64,000 nucleotides of DNA from Flavobacteriales bacterium. Lineage in GTDB: Bacteria > Bacteroidota > Bacteroidia > Flavobacteriales > UBA7312. Within the stretch, counting starts at the first letter, position 1, and the number at the start of each line of letters is the position of its first letter. The notes beneath the pieces were generated by a model. The model had not been told where the DNA came from and made no database searches. It saw nothing but the letters and a program-made list of their open reading frames with translations. A program made the position numbers and the translations under genes. Below, piece after piece: positions 9,772 to 20,104 of the stretch. Location of the stretch: assembly GCA_049890295.1 (NCBI GenBank), contig JBMHBP010000018.1, positions 1,911 to 65,910 on the forward strand, given 5' to 3'.

Positions 9772-10356
9772 ATGTTAAGAAAGCCAATTGCTTTAATAAT
9801 CTTTATTTTACTTACTGACCAACTCCTAAAATTTTGGATTAAAACTAACATGATGTTAGGTCAAGAATACCAAATTTTTGATTGGTTTATCATTCACTTT
9901 ACGGAAAATAAAGGCATGGCATTTGGCTTAGAGTTTGGTGGTGAAATAGGTAAGTACTTTCTGAGCATTTTTCGAATTATTGCTATTATTTTCATTGCTG
10001 TTTATCTCAAAAAACTAGCAACACAAGCAGTAAAACCAGGTATTTTATTGAGTATTGCATTGATTCTTGCCGGTGCTATAGGTAATATGATTGATAGTGC
10101 ATTTTATGGGCTTATTTTTTCCGAAAGTTACGGTCAAATAGCTACAGTTTTTGAAGGGGGCTACGCTGGTTTTCTACAAGGCAAGGTAGTAGATATGTTT
10201 TATTTTCCCCTCATCAATAGCCATTTTCCAGATTGGCTACCACTAATAGGAGGTAATCATTTTATTTTTTTTAGACCTGTCTTTAATATAGCAGATGCAT
10301 CCATTAGTATTGGTGTTATCAATATTTTACTCTTTCACCGCTCCTTCTTCAAATAG
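9772..10356 (+). CDS. lspA: Lipoprotein signal peptidase II
   Basis: Four TM segments; conserved NxGxAFG-like (NKGMAFG) and FNIADASI motifs. Confidence 0.9.
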   Translation: MLRKPIALIIFILLTDQLLKFWIKTNMMLGQEYQIFDWFIIHFTENKGMAFGLEFGGEIGKYFLSIFRIIAIIFIAVYLKKLATQAVKPGILLSIALILAGAIGNMIDSAFYGLIFSESYGQIATVFEGGYAGFLQGKVVDMFYFPLINSHFPDWLPLIGGNHFIFFRPVFNIADASISIGVINILLFHRSFFK

Positions 10357-10358
10357 AG

Positions 10359-11126
10359 CTATTGGTGTTTTTCTAATAATTCTTTATATACCTTTTGAGC
10401 ATTGGTATCTCTGTAGCTGTTATATTTCCAAAACAACTTACGGATTTGACGCATTAAACGATAGACAAATTGATGCCATAAAGAAACACTTGTTTTCTTC
10501 CATTCTTTTGGAAAAGTCATTTGATGCTCTTTTAAATATGGCCCAAAGATAGCTAGACCAATAGTATTGTTTTCGGTAGTGTAGTAGCTTAAATAAGAGG
10601 CCTTATCAGATGTTTTATTCACCATTGGAAGCTTGCGTTTGGGTTTAATCCCGCATATTTTTAGAGCCGATTCAAAATCGACTTGAAGGTGATCAAAACG
10701 AATAATATAATCACAATAAGGTTTGGTAATACTAAACCAGTTATCAAACGGAAATTGATAATATTTTTTTAAAAAGGTAGTATAGTTCGCCCCATTATTC
10801 CTGAAGTATTTAGCTAATTTGTAATCCCTATTTTTAAGATGCCCACCATTTTTTCGCAATAAATTTTCATTGCTGAAATTACCACTAGCATCTTTTATCA
10901 TTTTGGTGTAATAGCTTACCGAAATATCAAGAGGGTTTCTTGAGCAGGCTATTACCTTGTAGCCTTTTTCTTCTTCGCTAGCAACCTTTAGGAAATCTTG
11001 GTAAATGGAATGTTTAGAAAGAATAGGTTTACCACCATACATTTCACACAATTCTTTTGAAATAGCAGTGGAAGCCGCTAAGGGCAAACCCACAAAAACG
11101 AATTTATACTGGTGACTAATTATCAT
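10359..11126 (-). CDS. Sulfotransferase family protein (substrate unknown)
   Basis: N-terminal KFVFVGLPLAASTAIS resembles the 5'-PSB loop and SRNPLDISVSYY the RNPxxRxxS 3'-PB motif of PAPS-dependent sulfotransferases. ATG overlaps the asd stop (ATGA at 11123-11126). Confidence 0.55.
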   Translation of the reverse strand: MIISHQYKFVFVGLPLAASTAISKELCEMYGGKPILSKHSIYQDFLKVASEEEKGYKVIACSRNPLDISVSYYTKMIKDASGNFSNENLLRKNGGHLKNRDYKLAKYFRNNGANYTTFLKKYYQFPFDNWFSITKPYCDYIIRFDHLQVDFESALKICGIKPKRKLPMVNKTSDKASYLSYYTTENNTIGLAIFGPYLKEHQMTFPKEWKKTSVSLWHQFVYRLMRQIRKLFWKYNSYRDTNAQKVYKELLEKHQ

Positions 11127-12112
11127 ATTAGTTTATGCTCAATTAAATACTCTGCTATCTGAACAGTGTTGCTAGCAGCTCCTTTTCGTAGGTTGTCAGC
11201 CACTACCCACATATTAAGGGTGTTTGCTTGTGAAAAATCCCTTCTAATTCGCCCAACAAACACATCGTCTTTTCCTTCAGTATATATAGGCATAGGGTAG
11301 GTATTAACATCGGTGTTGTCTTGTACCACCACACCAGGCATTTCATGTAATAACTGACGAACTTTAGAGAGGTCAAAATCTAACACAAACTCTACATTTA
11401 CACTTTCAGAATGCCCACCAACAACTGGTATTCTTACCGCGGTAGCACTGACTTCAATGGTGTTGTCTTGCATGATTTTTTTTGTTTCCCTTGACAGCTT
11501 CATTTCTTCTTTAGTATAGCCGTTTTCTTCAAATACATCACAATGCGGTAAAGCGTTTTTATGAATAGGATAAGGGTACACCATATCTACAGTATTTCCC
11601 TCCATTTCACCATCTAGTTGGGCAACTGCTTTTACACCCGTTCCAGTCACCGACTGGTAGGTCGACACTACTACTCTTTTAATTTTATATTGATCATGTA
11701 AAGGTTTTAAAGCCATCAAAAGTTGAATAGTAGAACAGTTTGGGTTGGCAATAATGCGATCTTTTTTACTGAGGATCTTACCATTAATCTCAGGAATGAT
11801 GAGTTTATGGTTTGGAGACATACGCCAATACGATGAATTATCAATAACGGTAGTCCCTTTTTCGGCAAAACGAGGAGCCCATTCTTTTGAAACATCACTA
11901 CCTGCCGAAAATAAAGCCAGGTCAGGAACACGCTCAATAGCGTCATTTAATGAACAGATAGTAACGGTTTGTTGTTTAAACTCTATGGTTTTACCAACCG
12001 ATTTATCAGAGGCAACCGCAATCAATTCGGTAATAGGAAAAGCACGCTCTTGTAAAACGTTAAGCATAATTTCACCGACCATTCCGGTAACACCAACTAC
12101 TGCGACTTTCAT
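11123..12112 (-). CDS. asd: Aspartate-semialdehyde dehydrogenase
   Basis: MKVAVVGVTGMVG Rossmann start and NPNCSTIQL active-site Cys motif. Start set at ATG 12112 rather than the upstream ORF-track Met. Confidence 0.92.
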   Translation of the reverse strand: MKVAVVGVTGMVGEIMLNVLQERAFPITELIAVASDKSVGKTIEFKQQTVTICSLNDAIERVPDLALFSAGSDVSKEWAPRFAEKGTTVIDNSSYWRMSPNHKLIIPEINGKILSKKDRIIANPNCSTIQLLMALKPLHDQYKIKRVVVSTYQSVTGTGVKAVAQLDGEMEGNTVDMVYPYPIHKNALPHCDVFEENGYTKEEMKLSRETKKIMQDNTIEVSATAVRIPVVGGHSESVNVEFVLDFDLSKVRQLLHEMPGVVVQDNTDVNTYPMPIYTEGKDDVFVGRIRRDFSQANTLNMWVVADNLRKGAASNTVQIAEYLIEHKLI

Positions 12113-12177
12113 TTTCAAATCATTTAGCACTCAAAAATAATTATATTTGGGTGAATTAAATGCCCCATCCCTAGAAA

Positions 12178-13626
12178 ATGAAAAAACTATTACTACTTAT
12201 TTTATTTCCTGTTGTTTTAAGTGCACAGTTTACGGACTACTTTAATGATTTTTCAACTTGGTATGGCGACACCAACTACTTTGTTGTCGATTCGATAAAC
12301 CGCTTGCAACTTATAGCCCCTCAACAATCAGGTAATGTATTTATTTGGCACTCTAGCTCAGCCCTTCTGAAAGGACAATGGCAACTAGATGTTTTTATGG
12401 ACTTTAACCCCTCTAGCAGTAATTACGCTAATATTCATTTGTCATCCGATAGTGTAGGCAATGGCTACCTTGTAAAATTAGGTGGCACAGAAGATGCTGT
12501 AAGTCTATATAAAATTACCGATGGAGATAAGGACGTATTAATAGCCGGAACAACCGATTTTTTAGACAGTTCTTTTGTCGAAATTAATCTATTGGTAGAT
12601 AGAGATAGTTTAGGCAATTGGCGATTGGAAGCCAAGTATTTTCAAGATAGCACCTACACTCTGCAAGGACAATGTATTGACGATAGCTATTTAACTAGTC
12701 AAGCCTTTGGTATTGAATGTAAATACACTAGTACGCGTTACGACAAATTTTTCTTTGACAACATAAAGGTTGAGGGATATTCATTTATAGATACTTTTTT
12801 ATATCCCAATCAAAACGATATTGTCATTAATGAAATATTGTTTAACCCAATAGAAGGCGATAACGATTTCGTGGAAATTATAAATAGAAGTGATAAAAAC
12901 TTGTGCACTAAAGGCCTTCAATTGGCCAATTATTACGCTAATCAACCATCAAATTTCAAAACCATTTCTGAAAAATACACCTTTTTACAACCCAAGGAGA
13001 TAATGGTGTTGACCAAATCTAAAGAAACACTACGATATTACCATCCTCTCGCAGAAGAAAATCGAATCATTGAGTTGGAGAGTCTGCCGTCCTATAACAA
13101 TGAACAGGGCGTAGTTGTTTTAGCTCTTGACTCTATTATTATTGATGAATTTCAATATCATGAAAATATGCATTTTGATTTGTTGCAAGATGTCGAGGGT
13201 GTTTCTTTAGAACGATTAAACACGGAAACAAACAGTTGGCATTCGGCCTCCCAACAATCGGGTTCATCCACTCCAACATTGGTTAATTCTCAAGCCCAGG
13301 CGTTAAGCCCACCGCTAAAAGTAATGAGCCTAATGCCTCAAATCATAACCCCTAATAATGACGGACAAGAAGACATTCTTAGCATACAACTATCTTTTCC
13401 TTACAGCGGCTATCGCGGGCAATTGATTATTTTTAATAGTCAGGGCTTTCCGATTAAAACCCTTATAAACAACGAACTATTTGGAACCGATAACACCTAC
13501 TTTTGGGATGGGCTAACAGAACGTAACGAAGCCGCCAATACTGGGCGCTATATTTTTTGGTTAGAAGCTATCCACACCAGCCGACCCTCAATTGTTGAAA
13601 AACAAAGCATAGTAGTAGGGCGTTAA
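12178..13626 (+). CDS. Secreted lamin-tail-domain (LTD) protein with CHU_C-like C-terminal domain
   Basis: Signal peptide; central VINEILFNPIEGDNDFVEIINRSDKNL (LTD signature); C-terminal ITPNNDGQEDIL...GRYIFWLEAI resembles the xTPNGDGxND module of gliding-associated C-terminal domains. Confidence 0.6.
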   Translation: MKKLLLLILFPVVLSAQFTDYFNDFSTWYGDTNYFVVDSINRLQLIAPQQSGNVFIWHSSSALLKGQWQLDVFMDFNPSSSNYANIHLSSDSVGNGYLVKLGGTEDAVSLYKITDGDKDVLIAGTTDFLDSSFVEINLLVDRDSLGNWRLEAKYFQDSTYTLQGQCIDDSYLTSQAFGIECKYTSTRYDKFFFDNIKVEGYSFIDTFLYPNQNDIVINEILFNPIEGDNDFVEIINRSDKNLCTKGLQLANYYANQPSNFKTISEKYTFLQPKEIMVLTKSKETLRYYHPLAEENRIIELESLPSYNNEQGVVVLALDSIIIDEFQYHENMHFDLLQDVEGVSLERLNTETNSWHSASQQSGSSTPTLVNSQAQALSPPLKVMSLMPQIITPNNDGQEDILSIQLSFPYSGYRGQLIIFNSQGFPIKTLINNELFGTDNTYFWDGLTERNEAANTGRYIFWLEAIHTSRPSIVEKQSIVVGR

Positions 13627-13758
13627 AAATAATAAGATTAATTTATCTCCTAATCATTTAATCTTAAATGTAGAAAATAACACAAGCTAAAATAAAACTT
13701 GTCGTAGGTGTAATCACAGACAGATTAGCCCATTATAAATCCGTATTTTTGAAACTTA

Positions 13759-15549
13759 ATGAAACTTTCAGCGGACATACAATCAACACTTCAAAACCTT
13801 AGCACTGAAGCTGGTGTATATCGATTTTATGACAACAAAGATGTCTTACTCTATGTGGGTAAAGCTAAAAACCTTAAACGCCGCGTTAGTTCTTATTTTA
13901 ATCGTACCCATGACAGTTTCAAAACCACTTATATGGTTAGAAAAATTCACCACATTGAAATATTGGTAGTCGAAACCGAAATGGATGCTTTATTGTTAGA
14001 AAATAACCTCATAAAAAAATATCAACCGCGCTACAACATCTTACTCAAAGACGATAAAACCTACCCCTGGATTTGTATCAAAAAAGAACCTTTTCCAAGG
14101 GTCTTTTATACCCGTCAACTCATTAAAGACGGTTCTGAATATTTTGGACCATATACAAACCCTAAAATTATCAGCACTATACTTAACTTTATTCGTCAGA
14201 TATATCCAGTTAGAACCTGCAAATTTCACTTGTCAGACGACAACATACAAGCCAAAAAATTCAAAGAGTGCTTGGAGTACCATATTGGTAATTGCCTAGC
14301 CCCATGTGTAGCTAAACAACAATCTGAGGATTATGAAAAAGATATTGAACACATCCGTCAAATTTTAAAAGGAAACATACGTACCGTAGTTCACCACTTT
14401 AAACAAGAAATGCTAATACTTTCCGATATGATGGAATATGAGCAAGCCCAAAAAGTAAAAGAGAAAATCGAACAACTTGAACATTATCAGGCAAAATCAT
14501 CCATTGTTAGCCCAACTATAAACGATGTGGATGTTTTTGCTATTGCTTCCGATCAAGAGTATGCTTTTGTCAATTTTTTCAAAGTGTCTAGTGGAGCCAT
14601 TATTCAAGCACACTCCATGGAGATAAAAAAGAAATTAGATGAAAGTGATGAGGCCCTATTGACAATGGCCATTACTGAAATTCGTCAGCGGTTTCATAGT
14701 ACTTCCAAAGAGGCCTTTGTAAACATTCCAATAGTGTCTAATTGGGAACAACTAAAAATTAGTGTGCCCAAAATTGGTGATAAGCACAAATTGGTAACAC
14801 TCTGCTATAAAAACGCTAAAAACATTCAAAAGGATCGGATTCGTAAAAATGAAGAGCTAAGACACCGTTTAGATAATAAACGTGTATTAGAGCAACTACA
14901 ACATGATTTGCGTCTAAATGTAAAACCACGACATATTGAATGTTTTGATAATTCCAACATGCAAGGCACTCATCCGGTAGCGGCTTGTGTAGTCTTCAAA
15001 AACGCTAAGCCTAGTAAAAAAGACTACCGTTTATTTAATATCAAAACCGTTGAAGGGCCAGATGATTTTGCCTCTATGGAAGAAGTGGTTTATCGTCGCT
15101 ATAAACGCCTTCAGGATGAAAGTCAAGACCTCCCTCAACTGATAGTAATAGATGGTGGAAAAGGCCAATTGAGTTCAGCACGAAAAAGTCTAGAAAAACT
15201 AAACCTTCAACACACCATTGCCATTATTGGAATTGCCAAACGATTAGAAGAAATCTATTTTCCCAACGATAGCGTTCCATTATATTTAGATAAGCGATCG
15301 GAAAGTTTGAAAGTCATTCAGCAACTTCGTAATGAAGCTCACCGCTTTGGCATAAACCACCACCGCAATCGGCGAAGTAAAAGTGGTTTAGGCACCTCTC
15401 TAGATGGAATTGATGGCATTGGTCCAAAAACTGTCGAGAAGCTAGTTTCCCATTTTGGTTCGGTAAAACGTGTCATGGAGGCCAATGAAAAAGAACTTAT
15501 TAAACTGGTTGGCAAGAAAAAAGCGGAGCTTATTTTAGGTTCAAAATAA
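13759..15549 (+). CDS. uvrC: Excinuclease ABC subunit C
   Basis: GIY-YIG start (GVYRFYDNKDVLLYVGKAKNLKRRV), UVR domain, endonuclease domain, C-terminal HhH (GIDGIGPKTVEKL). Confidence 0.95.
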   Translation: MKLSADIQSTLQNLSTEAGVYRFYDNKDVLLYVGKAKNLKRRVSSYFNRTHDSFKTTYMVRKIHHIEILVVETEMDALLLENNLIKKYQPRYNILLKDDKTYPWICIKKEPFPRVFYTRQLIKDGSEYFGPYTNPKIISTILNFIRQIYPVRTCKFHLSDDNIQAKKFKECLEYHIGNCLAPCVAKQQSEDYEKDIEHIRQILKGNIRTVVHHFKQEMLILSDMMEYEQAQKVKEKIEQLEHYQAKSSIVSPTINDVDVFAIASDQEYAFVNFFKVSSGAIIQAHSMEIKKKLDESDEALLTMAITEIRQRFHSTSKEAFVNIPIVSNWEQLKISVPKIGDKHKLVTLCYKNAKNIQKDRIRKNEELRHRLDNKRVLEQLQHDLRLNVKPRHIECFDNSNMQGTHPVAACVVFKNAKPSKKDYRLFNIKTVEGPDDFASMEEVVYRRYKRLQDESQDLPQLIVIDGGKGQLSSARKSLEKLNLQHTIAIIGIAKRLEEIYFPNDSVPLYLDKRSESLKVIQQLRNEAHRFGINHHRNRRSKSGLGTSLDGIDGIGPKTVEKLVSHFGSVKRVMEANEKELIKLVGKKKAELILGSK

Positions 15550-15562
15550 ATTTATTTAACCA

Positions 15563-15802
15563 ATGAAAAAACTAATTCTTATTACGATTCTTGGAATACT
15601 TTCTTATTCGTGTTCAGAAAAATGCGACCCTATTTTAGACGCGTGTTCTCATATCGCACCTACCGATGAAGCTTGCCTGGCGGTCTTTGAGAGGTGGTTT
15701 TATAATTCAGAAAGCAATGAATGTGAAAAAATAGCGTATAGCGGGTGTAGTCAATGGGGTTTTGAAAGTGAAGTAGCCTGCCAAGACTGTCTGTGCGATT
15801 AG
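15563..15802 (+). CDS. Small lipoprotein with Kunitz/BPTI-like domain
   Basis: Lipobox ILSYSC. Mature part C-x9-C-x15-C-x7-C-x10-C-x2-C, with RWFYNSESNEC and IAYSGC aligning to BPTI RYFYNAKAGLC and FVYGGC. Confidence 0.6.
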   Translation: MKKLILITILGILSYSCSEKCDPILDACSHIAPTDEACLAVFERWFYNSESNECEKIAYSGCSQWGFESEVACQDCLCD

Positions 15803-16794
15803 TTAAGTTGATCGGACAACAGTCGCATTTCAATAACTGGCGAAATACGTTCATAAAGAATATTATAAACTGCTTTTGTAATGGGCATTTCAATCTGGTG
15901 TTCGTCGTTTATTTCTTTAATACACTTTACAGCATAAAAACCCTCAGCAACCATGTTCATTTCCAGTTGAGCTGATTTAACGGAGTAGCCCTTACCTATC
16001 ATATTACCAAACGTTCTGTTACGGCTAAATTGGGAGTACATGGTTACTAACAAGTCGCCCAGATAGGCCGATTCATTTATATCTCTTTGAATAGGATGAA
16101 TAGCATCTACAAAGCGCTTAACTTCTCGAATAGCATTAGACGCCAATACAGACTGAAAATTATCACCATAGCCTAAACTATGACAAATACCTGAAGCAAT
16201 AGCGATAACGTTTTTTAAGACAGCCGCAATCTCAGTACCAAAAATGTCTTCAGACGTATTGGCTTTGATATATCGACATCGAATTTGTTGAGCAAACCAC
16301 TCCGCTTTTTCTATATCCTCGCAAGCAACAGTTAGATAGGATAACCTTTCTAAGGCTACCTCCTCAGCATGGCAAGGACCTGTCAACACACCAATATGAT
16401 TATAAGAGACTTCAAATTTGTTGTGTAAATACTCACCTATGATTCTATTCTTTTCAGCGATGATGCCTTTTACAGCAGAAACAATAAATTTATCTTTCAA
16501 TGAACCATTCATTTGCTTTAAAATGGTTCGTAAAAAAGCCGAAGGAACCGCCAATATCAAACAGTCGGCTTTACCAACAACCTCATCTAAATTCTCGCTG
16601 ATCGTTAATTTATTTGGGTTTAGCTCTGCTGAGCTTATGTAGTTGGGGTTATTGCCATATTGTTTGATGTGAGCAATGGTGTCGGGGTTTCTCATCCACC
16701 ATAAAATATGCTCTCTATTTTCTAATAGCATTTTCACGATAGCTGTAGCCCAACTACCTCCTCCTATAACCGCTATGTTTTGAGGAGCTGACAT
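15799..16794 (-). CDS. gpsA: NAD(P)H-dependent glycerol-3-phosphate dehydrogenase
   Basis: IAVIGGGSWATA Rossmann motif, GxKG and EGxxA family motifs, ~330 aa. Confidence 0.92.
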   Translation of the reverse strand: MSAPQNIAVIGGGSWATAIVKMLLENREHILWWMRNPDTIAHIKQYGNNPNYISSAELNPNKLTISENLDEVVGKADCLILAVPSAFLRTILKQMNGSLKDKFIVSAVKGIIAEKNRIIGEYLHNKFEVSYNHIGVLTGPCHAEEVALERLSYLTVACEDIEKAEWFAQQIRCRYIKANTSEDIFGTEIAAVLKNVIAIASGICHSLGYGDNFQSVLASNAIREVKRFVDAIHPIQRDINESAYLGDLLVTMYSQFSRNRTFGNMIGKGYSVKSAQLEMNMVAEGFYAVKCIKEINDEHQIEMPITKAVYNILYERISPVIEMRLLSDQLN

Positions 16795-18324
16795 TTATTC
16801 TTCTTCCTTACGTTTTTGCTCAGGCTTCATCTGTGGAAAGAACAAAACATCTTGTATTGAATTGCTATTTGTCATAATCATAGATAGTCTGTCAACACCA
16901 ATTCCTAATCCAGCGGTTGGAGGCATTCCATATTCAATGGAACGTAAAAAATCTTCATCTAAAATCATGGCTTCTTGATCGCCTCTTTTAGCCAGTTGCA
17001 ACTGTTCTTCAAAACGATTTCGTTGGTCAATGGGGTCGTTAAGTTCAGAAAAGGCATTACAAATCTCTTTACCATTACATATGGCTTCAAACCGTTCCAC
17101 CAAACCGTCTTTATCGCGATGTTTTTTGGCTAAAGGTGACATTTCTACCGGATAATCAGTAATAAAAGTGGGCTGTATCAATTGGCTTTCGCATTTTTCA
17201 CCAAAAATTTCGTCAATCAACTTTCCTCTACCCATTGATGAATCGATCTCAACACCTAATTTTTTGGCCGTATCAGCCATTTCTTTTTCATCCATACTTG
17301 AAATGTCTATGCCGGTGAAATGCTCAATTGCTTGGTACATGGTGTAACGTTTCCATGGACGTTGAAAATTAATCAAGTTCTCACCCACCTGTACTTCAGT
17401 CGTTCCATGTAAGTCAAGAGCAATTTTCTCGACCATTTCTTCCACCAAGTCCATCATCCAATTATAGTCTTTGTAGGCTACATACAATTCGACCTGTGTA
17501 AACTCTGGATTATGAAAACGGCTCATACCTTCATTTCTAAAGTCTTTAGAAAATTCATACACCCCATCGAAACCTCCAACAATTAAGCGTTTCAGATACA
17601 ATTCGTTGGCAATACGCAGATACAAAGGCATATCTAAGGTATTGTGATGCGTTTTGAATGGGCGAGCAGCAGCTCCACCGTAGATTGGTTGTAATATAGG
17701 CGTCTCTACTTCCAAATACCCTTTGTCGTTTAGAAAGGAACGCATGGAATTGGTCAGTTGCGTTCGTTTGACAAAGGCTTCTTTAATGTGAGGGTTGACC
17801 ACCAGATCAACGTAACGTTGGCGGTATCGCTTTTCCGGATCAGTAAATGCGTCATGTACTTTCCCATCGGCATCCATTTTCGGTAAAGGTAAAGGGCGAA
17901 GGGTTTTAGTAAGTACCATAAAAGATTCGACATGTATGGATATCTCACCAACTTTAGTTGTAAAGACATGTCCTTTAACACCAATGAAGTCGCCTATATC
18001 CAACAGTTTTTTGAAAACGGTGTTGTACATTGTTTTGTCTTCTCCAGGACAAATTTCGTCTCGGTTGAAATACAGCTGTATTCTACCTGTACTATCTTGT
18101 AATTCAGCAAAAGCTGCCTTTCCCATTAGTCGACGACTCATAAGGCGACCAGCAATTTGTATTTCTTTAAAATCTGTATTATTAGCAGAATAGTTATTCT
18201 TTATTTCTGTGGCTGAAACATTAATATCGAACAGTTCTGAAGGGTAGGGGTTTATACCTAAATCGATTAATTTTTGCAAGGACTCTCTCCTAACGATTTC
18301 TTGTTCAGACAAGGAGTTACTCAT
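16795..18324 (-). CDS. lysS: Lysine--tRNA ligase (class II)
   Basis: OB-fold N-domain plus class II motifs ([14 protein letters not shown]). The ORF-track start is TTG at 18342; ATG at 18324 (MSNSLSEQE) is preferred. Confidence 0.93.
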   Translation of the reverse strand: MSNSLSEQEIVRRESLQKLIDLGINPYPSELFDINVSATEIKNNYSANNTDFKEIQIAGRLMSRRLMGKAAFAELQDSTGRIQLYFNRDEICPGEDKTMYNTVFKKLLDIGDFIGVKGHVFTTKVGEISIHVESFMVLTKTLRPLPLPKMDADGKVHDAFTDPEKRYRQRYVDLVVNPHIKEAFVKRTQLTNSMRSFLNDKGYLEVETPILQPIYGGAAARPFKTHHNTLDMPLYLRIANELYLKRLIVGGFDGVYEFSKDFRNEGMSRFHNPEFTQVELYVAYKDYNWMMDLVEEMVEKIALDLHGTTEVQVGENLINFQRPWKRYTMYQAIEHFTGIDISSMDEKEMADTAKKLGVEIDSSMGRGKLIDEIFGEKCESQLIQPTFITDYPVEMSPLAKKHRDKDGLVERFEAICNGKEICNAFSELNDPIDQRNRFEEQLQLAKRGDQEAMILDEDFLRSIEYGMPPTAGLGIGVDRLSMIMTNSNSIQDVLFFPQMKPEQKRKEEE

Positions 18325-18411
18325 AGGTTTAATTTTGGGCAAAGATATTAAATAATTAACTCCCGAATTTCGTATTTTGGCTCATTAAATTTAACCTATT
18401 TTTACAGTATT

Positions 18412-19401
18412 ATGAAAATGAAAGATTATATAGCTGATTTTACTACACATTTAAATGAAGCTATTGAAATAGGACGCACAACCTTTATGTATGAGCCTGT
18501 TGGAGAGATAAGGAATGTATTGATATGTGGTTTGGGAGGCTCTGGTATTGGGGGAACAATTGTTACTGATTTGGTAGCAGATACCATTAATGTCCCCATT
18601 TGCTCTACTAAAGATTATTCTATTCCTAATTTTGTTGATGAATATACTTTAGTCATAGCGTCTTCCTACTCTGGTAATACTGAAGAAACCTTATATGCTT
18701 TAGATCAGTGCCAATCCAGAAACGCTCAAATAGCATGTATCACTTCTGGTGGTAAGTTAGCTGAACTAGCCAAAGCAAAAGGGTTTAATCTTATCCAAAT
18801 TCCTGGCGGGCACCCTCCTCGAGCCATGTTTGCTTATTCTTTTACGCAATTATTTTTCATGCTTCATCATTATGGTTTGATAGATGATTCTTTTCAGCTA
18901 GAATTTGAAAAGGGAATAGCCTTGTTAGATGAACACCAAGAAAGTATAAAATCTGAAGCTCAGGAATTAGCAAAAAAATTATTTGGCACTACACCAGTAA
19001 TTTACACAGCTGCTGGCTTTGAAGGTGTTGGTGTACGGTTTAGACAACAGGTTAATGAAAACAGTAAGATGCTGTGTTGGCACCATGTTGTGCCTGAGAT
19101 GAACCATAATGAGTTGTTAGGGTGGCGAATAAACACTGAAAAATTAGGCGTAGTTTACTTCAGAAACCAGTGTGATTACAGTAGAAATCAGGTGCGTATT
19201 GACATTAATAAAGAAGTATTAGCAAAATACACTGATAATATTTCTGAAGTATGGAGCAAGGGAGACTCAAAGATTGAAAATTCCCTTTACCATATCAATC
19301 TAGGTGATTGGGTATCATGGTATTTGTCTGAAATGAATGAAGTTGACGCTATAGAAATAGACGTTATTAACTATCTAAAAGGTTCATTAGCCAAAGTGTA
19401 A
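18412..19401 (+). CDS. Bifunctional phosphoglucose/phosphomannose isomerase (SIS domain)
   Basis: GLGGSGIGG and SYSGNTEET SIS motifs; ~330 aa PGI/PMI family architecture. Confidence 0.75.
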   Translation: MKMKDYIADFTTHLNEAIEIGRTTFMYEPVGEIRNVLICGLGGSGIGGTIVTDLVADTINVPICSTKDYSIPNFVDEYTLVIASSYSGNTEETLYALDQCQSRNAQIACITSGGKLAELAKAKGFNLIQIPGGHPPRAMFAYSFTQLFFMLHHYGLIDDSFQLEFEKGIALLDEHQESIKSEAQELAKKLFGTTPVIYTAAGFEGVGVRFRQQVNENSKMLCWHHVVPEMNHNELLGWRINTEKLGVVYFRNQCDYSRNQVRIDINKEVLAKYTDNISEVWSKGDSKIENSLYHINLGDWVSWYLSEMNEVDAIEIDVINYLKGSLAKV

Positions 19402-19402
19402 T

Positions 19403-20095
19403 ATGCCAGAGGTTGTTTTTCAAGATTTAGGGCTTATTGATTATAAAGAAGCTTGGGACTATCAAGAGAAACGATTTGATGAAATTTTGGCAATAAAAAA
19501 ATCAAACCGTAAGAACAATCAAAACCAACCAACAACTTCTTTTTTATTGTTTTGTGAACATTCTCACGTCTATACTTTAGGAAAAAGTGGAGATCAAAAG
19601 AATTTACTGGTTGATGAAGCTTATTTGAAATCACGAGGGGCTACTTTTTATAAAATTAATCGTGGTGGTGATATTACTTACCATGGGCCGGGTCAGATAG
19701 TCGGTTACCCCATTTTAGACTTAGATAATTTCTTTACAGACATTCACAAGTATTTGCGGTTACTTGAAGAAGCTGTTATTCTGACATTAAATGATTACGG
19801 TATAGACAGTGGTCGGTCAGATGGAGAAACAGGCGTATGGTTAGGTGTTGGCACATCCAATCCACGCAAAATATGTGCCTTAGGAGTTCGCTCTAGTCGC
19901 TGGGTAACTATGCATGGTTTTGCTTTTAATGTGAATTGCGACTTATCTTATTTTGGAAATATTATACCATGTGGCATTGTTGATAAGTCGGTCACTTCCA
20001 TGCAAAAAGAACTAGGTAAAGAAGTGCCAATACATGAAGTTAAACAGAAACTAAAAACGTATCTTGCTAAAGAGTTTGAAATGAATTTTTTATAA
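19403..20095 (+). CDS. lipB: Lipoyl(octanoyl) transferase
   Basis: RGGDITYHGPGQ and KICALGV family motifs. Confidence 0.92.
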   Translation: MPEVVFQDLGLIDYKEAWDYQEKRFDEILAIKKSNRKNNQNQPTTSFLLFCEHSHVYTLGKSGDQKNLLVDEAYLKSRGATFYKINRGGDITYHGPGQIVGYPILDLDNFFTDIHKYLRLLEEAVILTLNDYGIDSGRSDGETGVWLGVGTSNPRKICALGVRSSRWVTMHGFAFNVNCDLSYFGNIIPCGIVDKSVTSMQKELGKEVPIHEVKQKLKTYLAKEFEMNFL

Positions 20096-20104
20096 TACTG
20101 TGCC

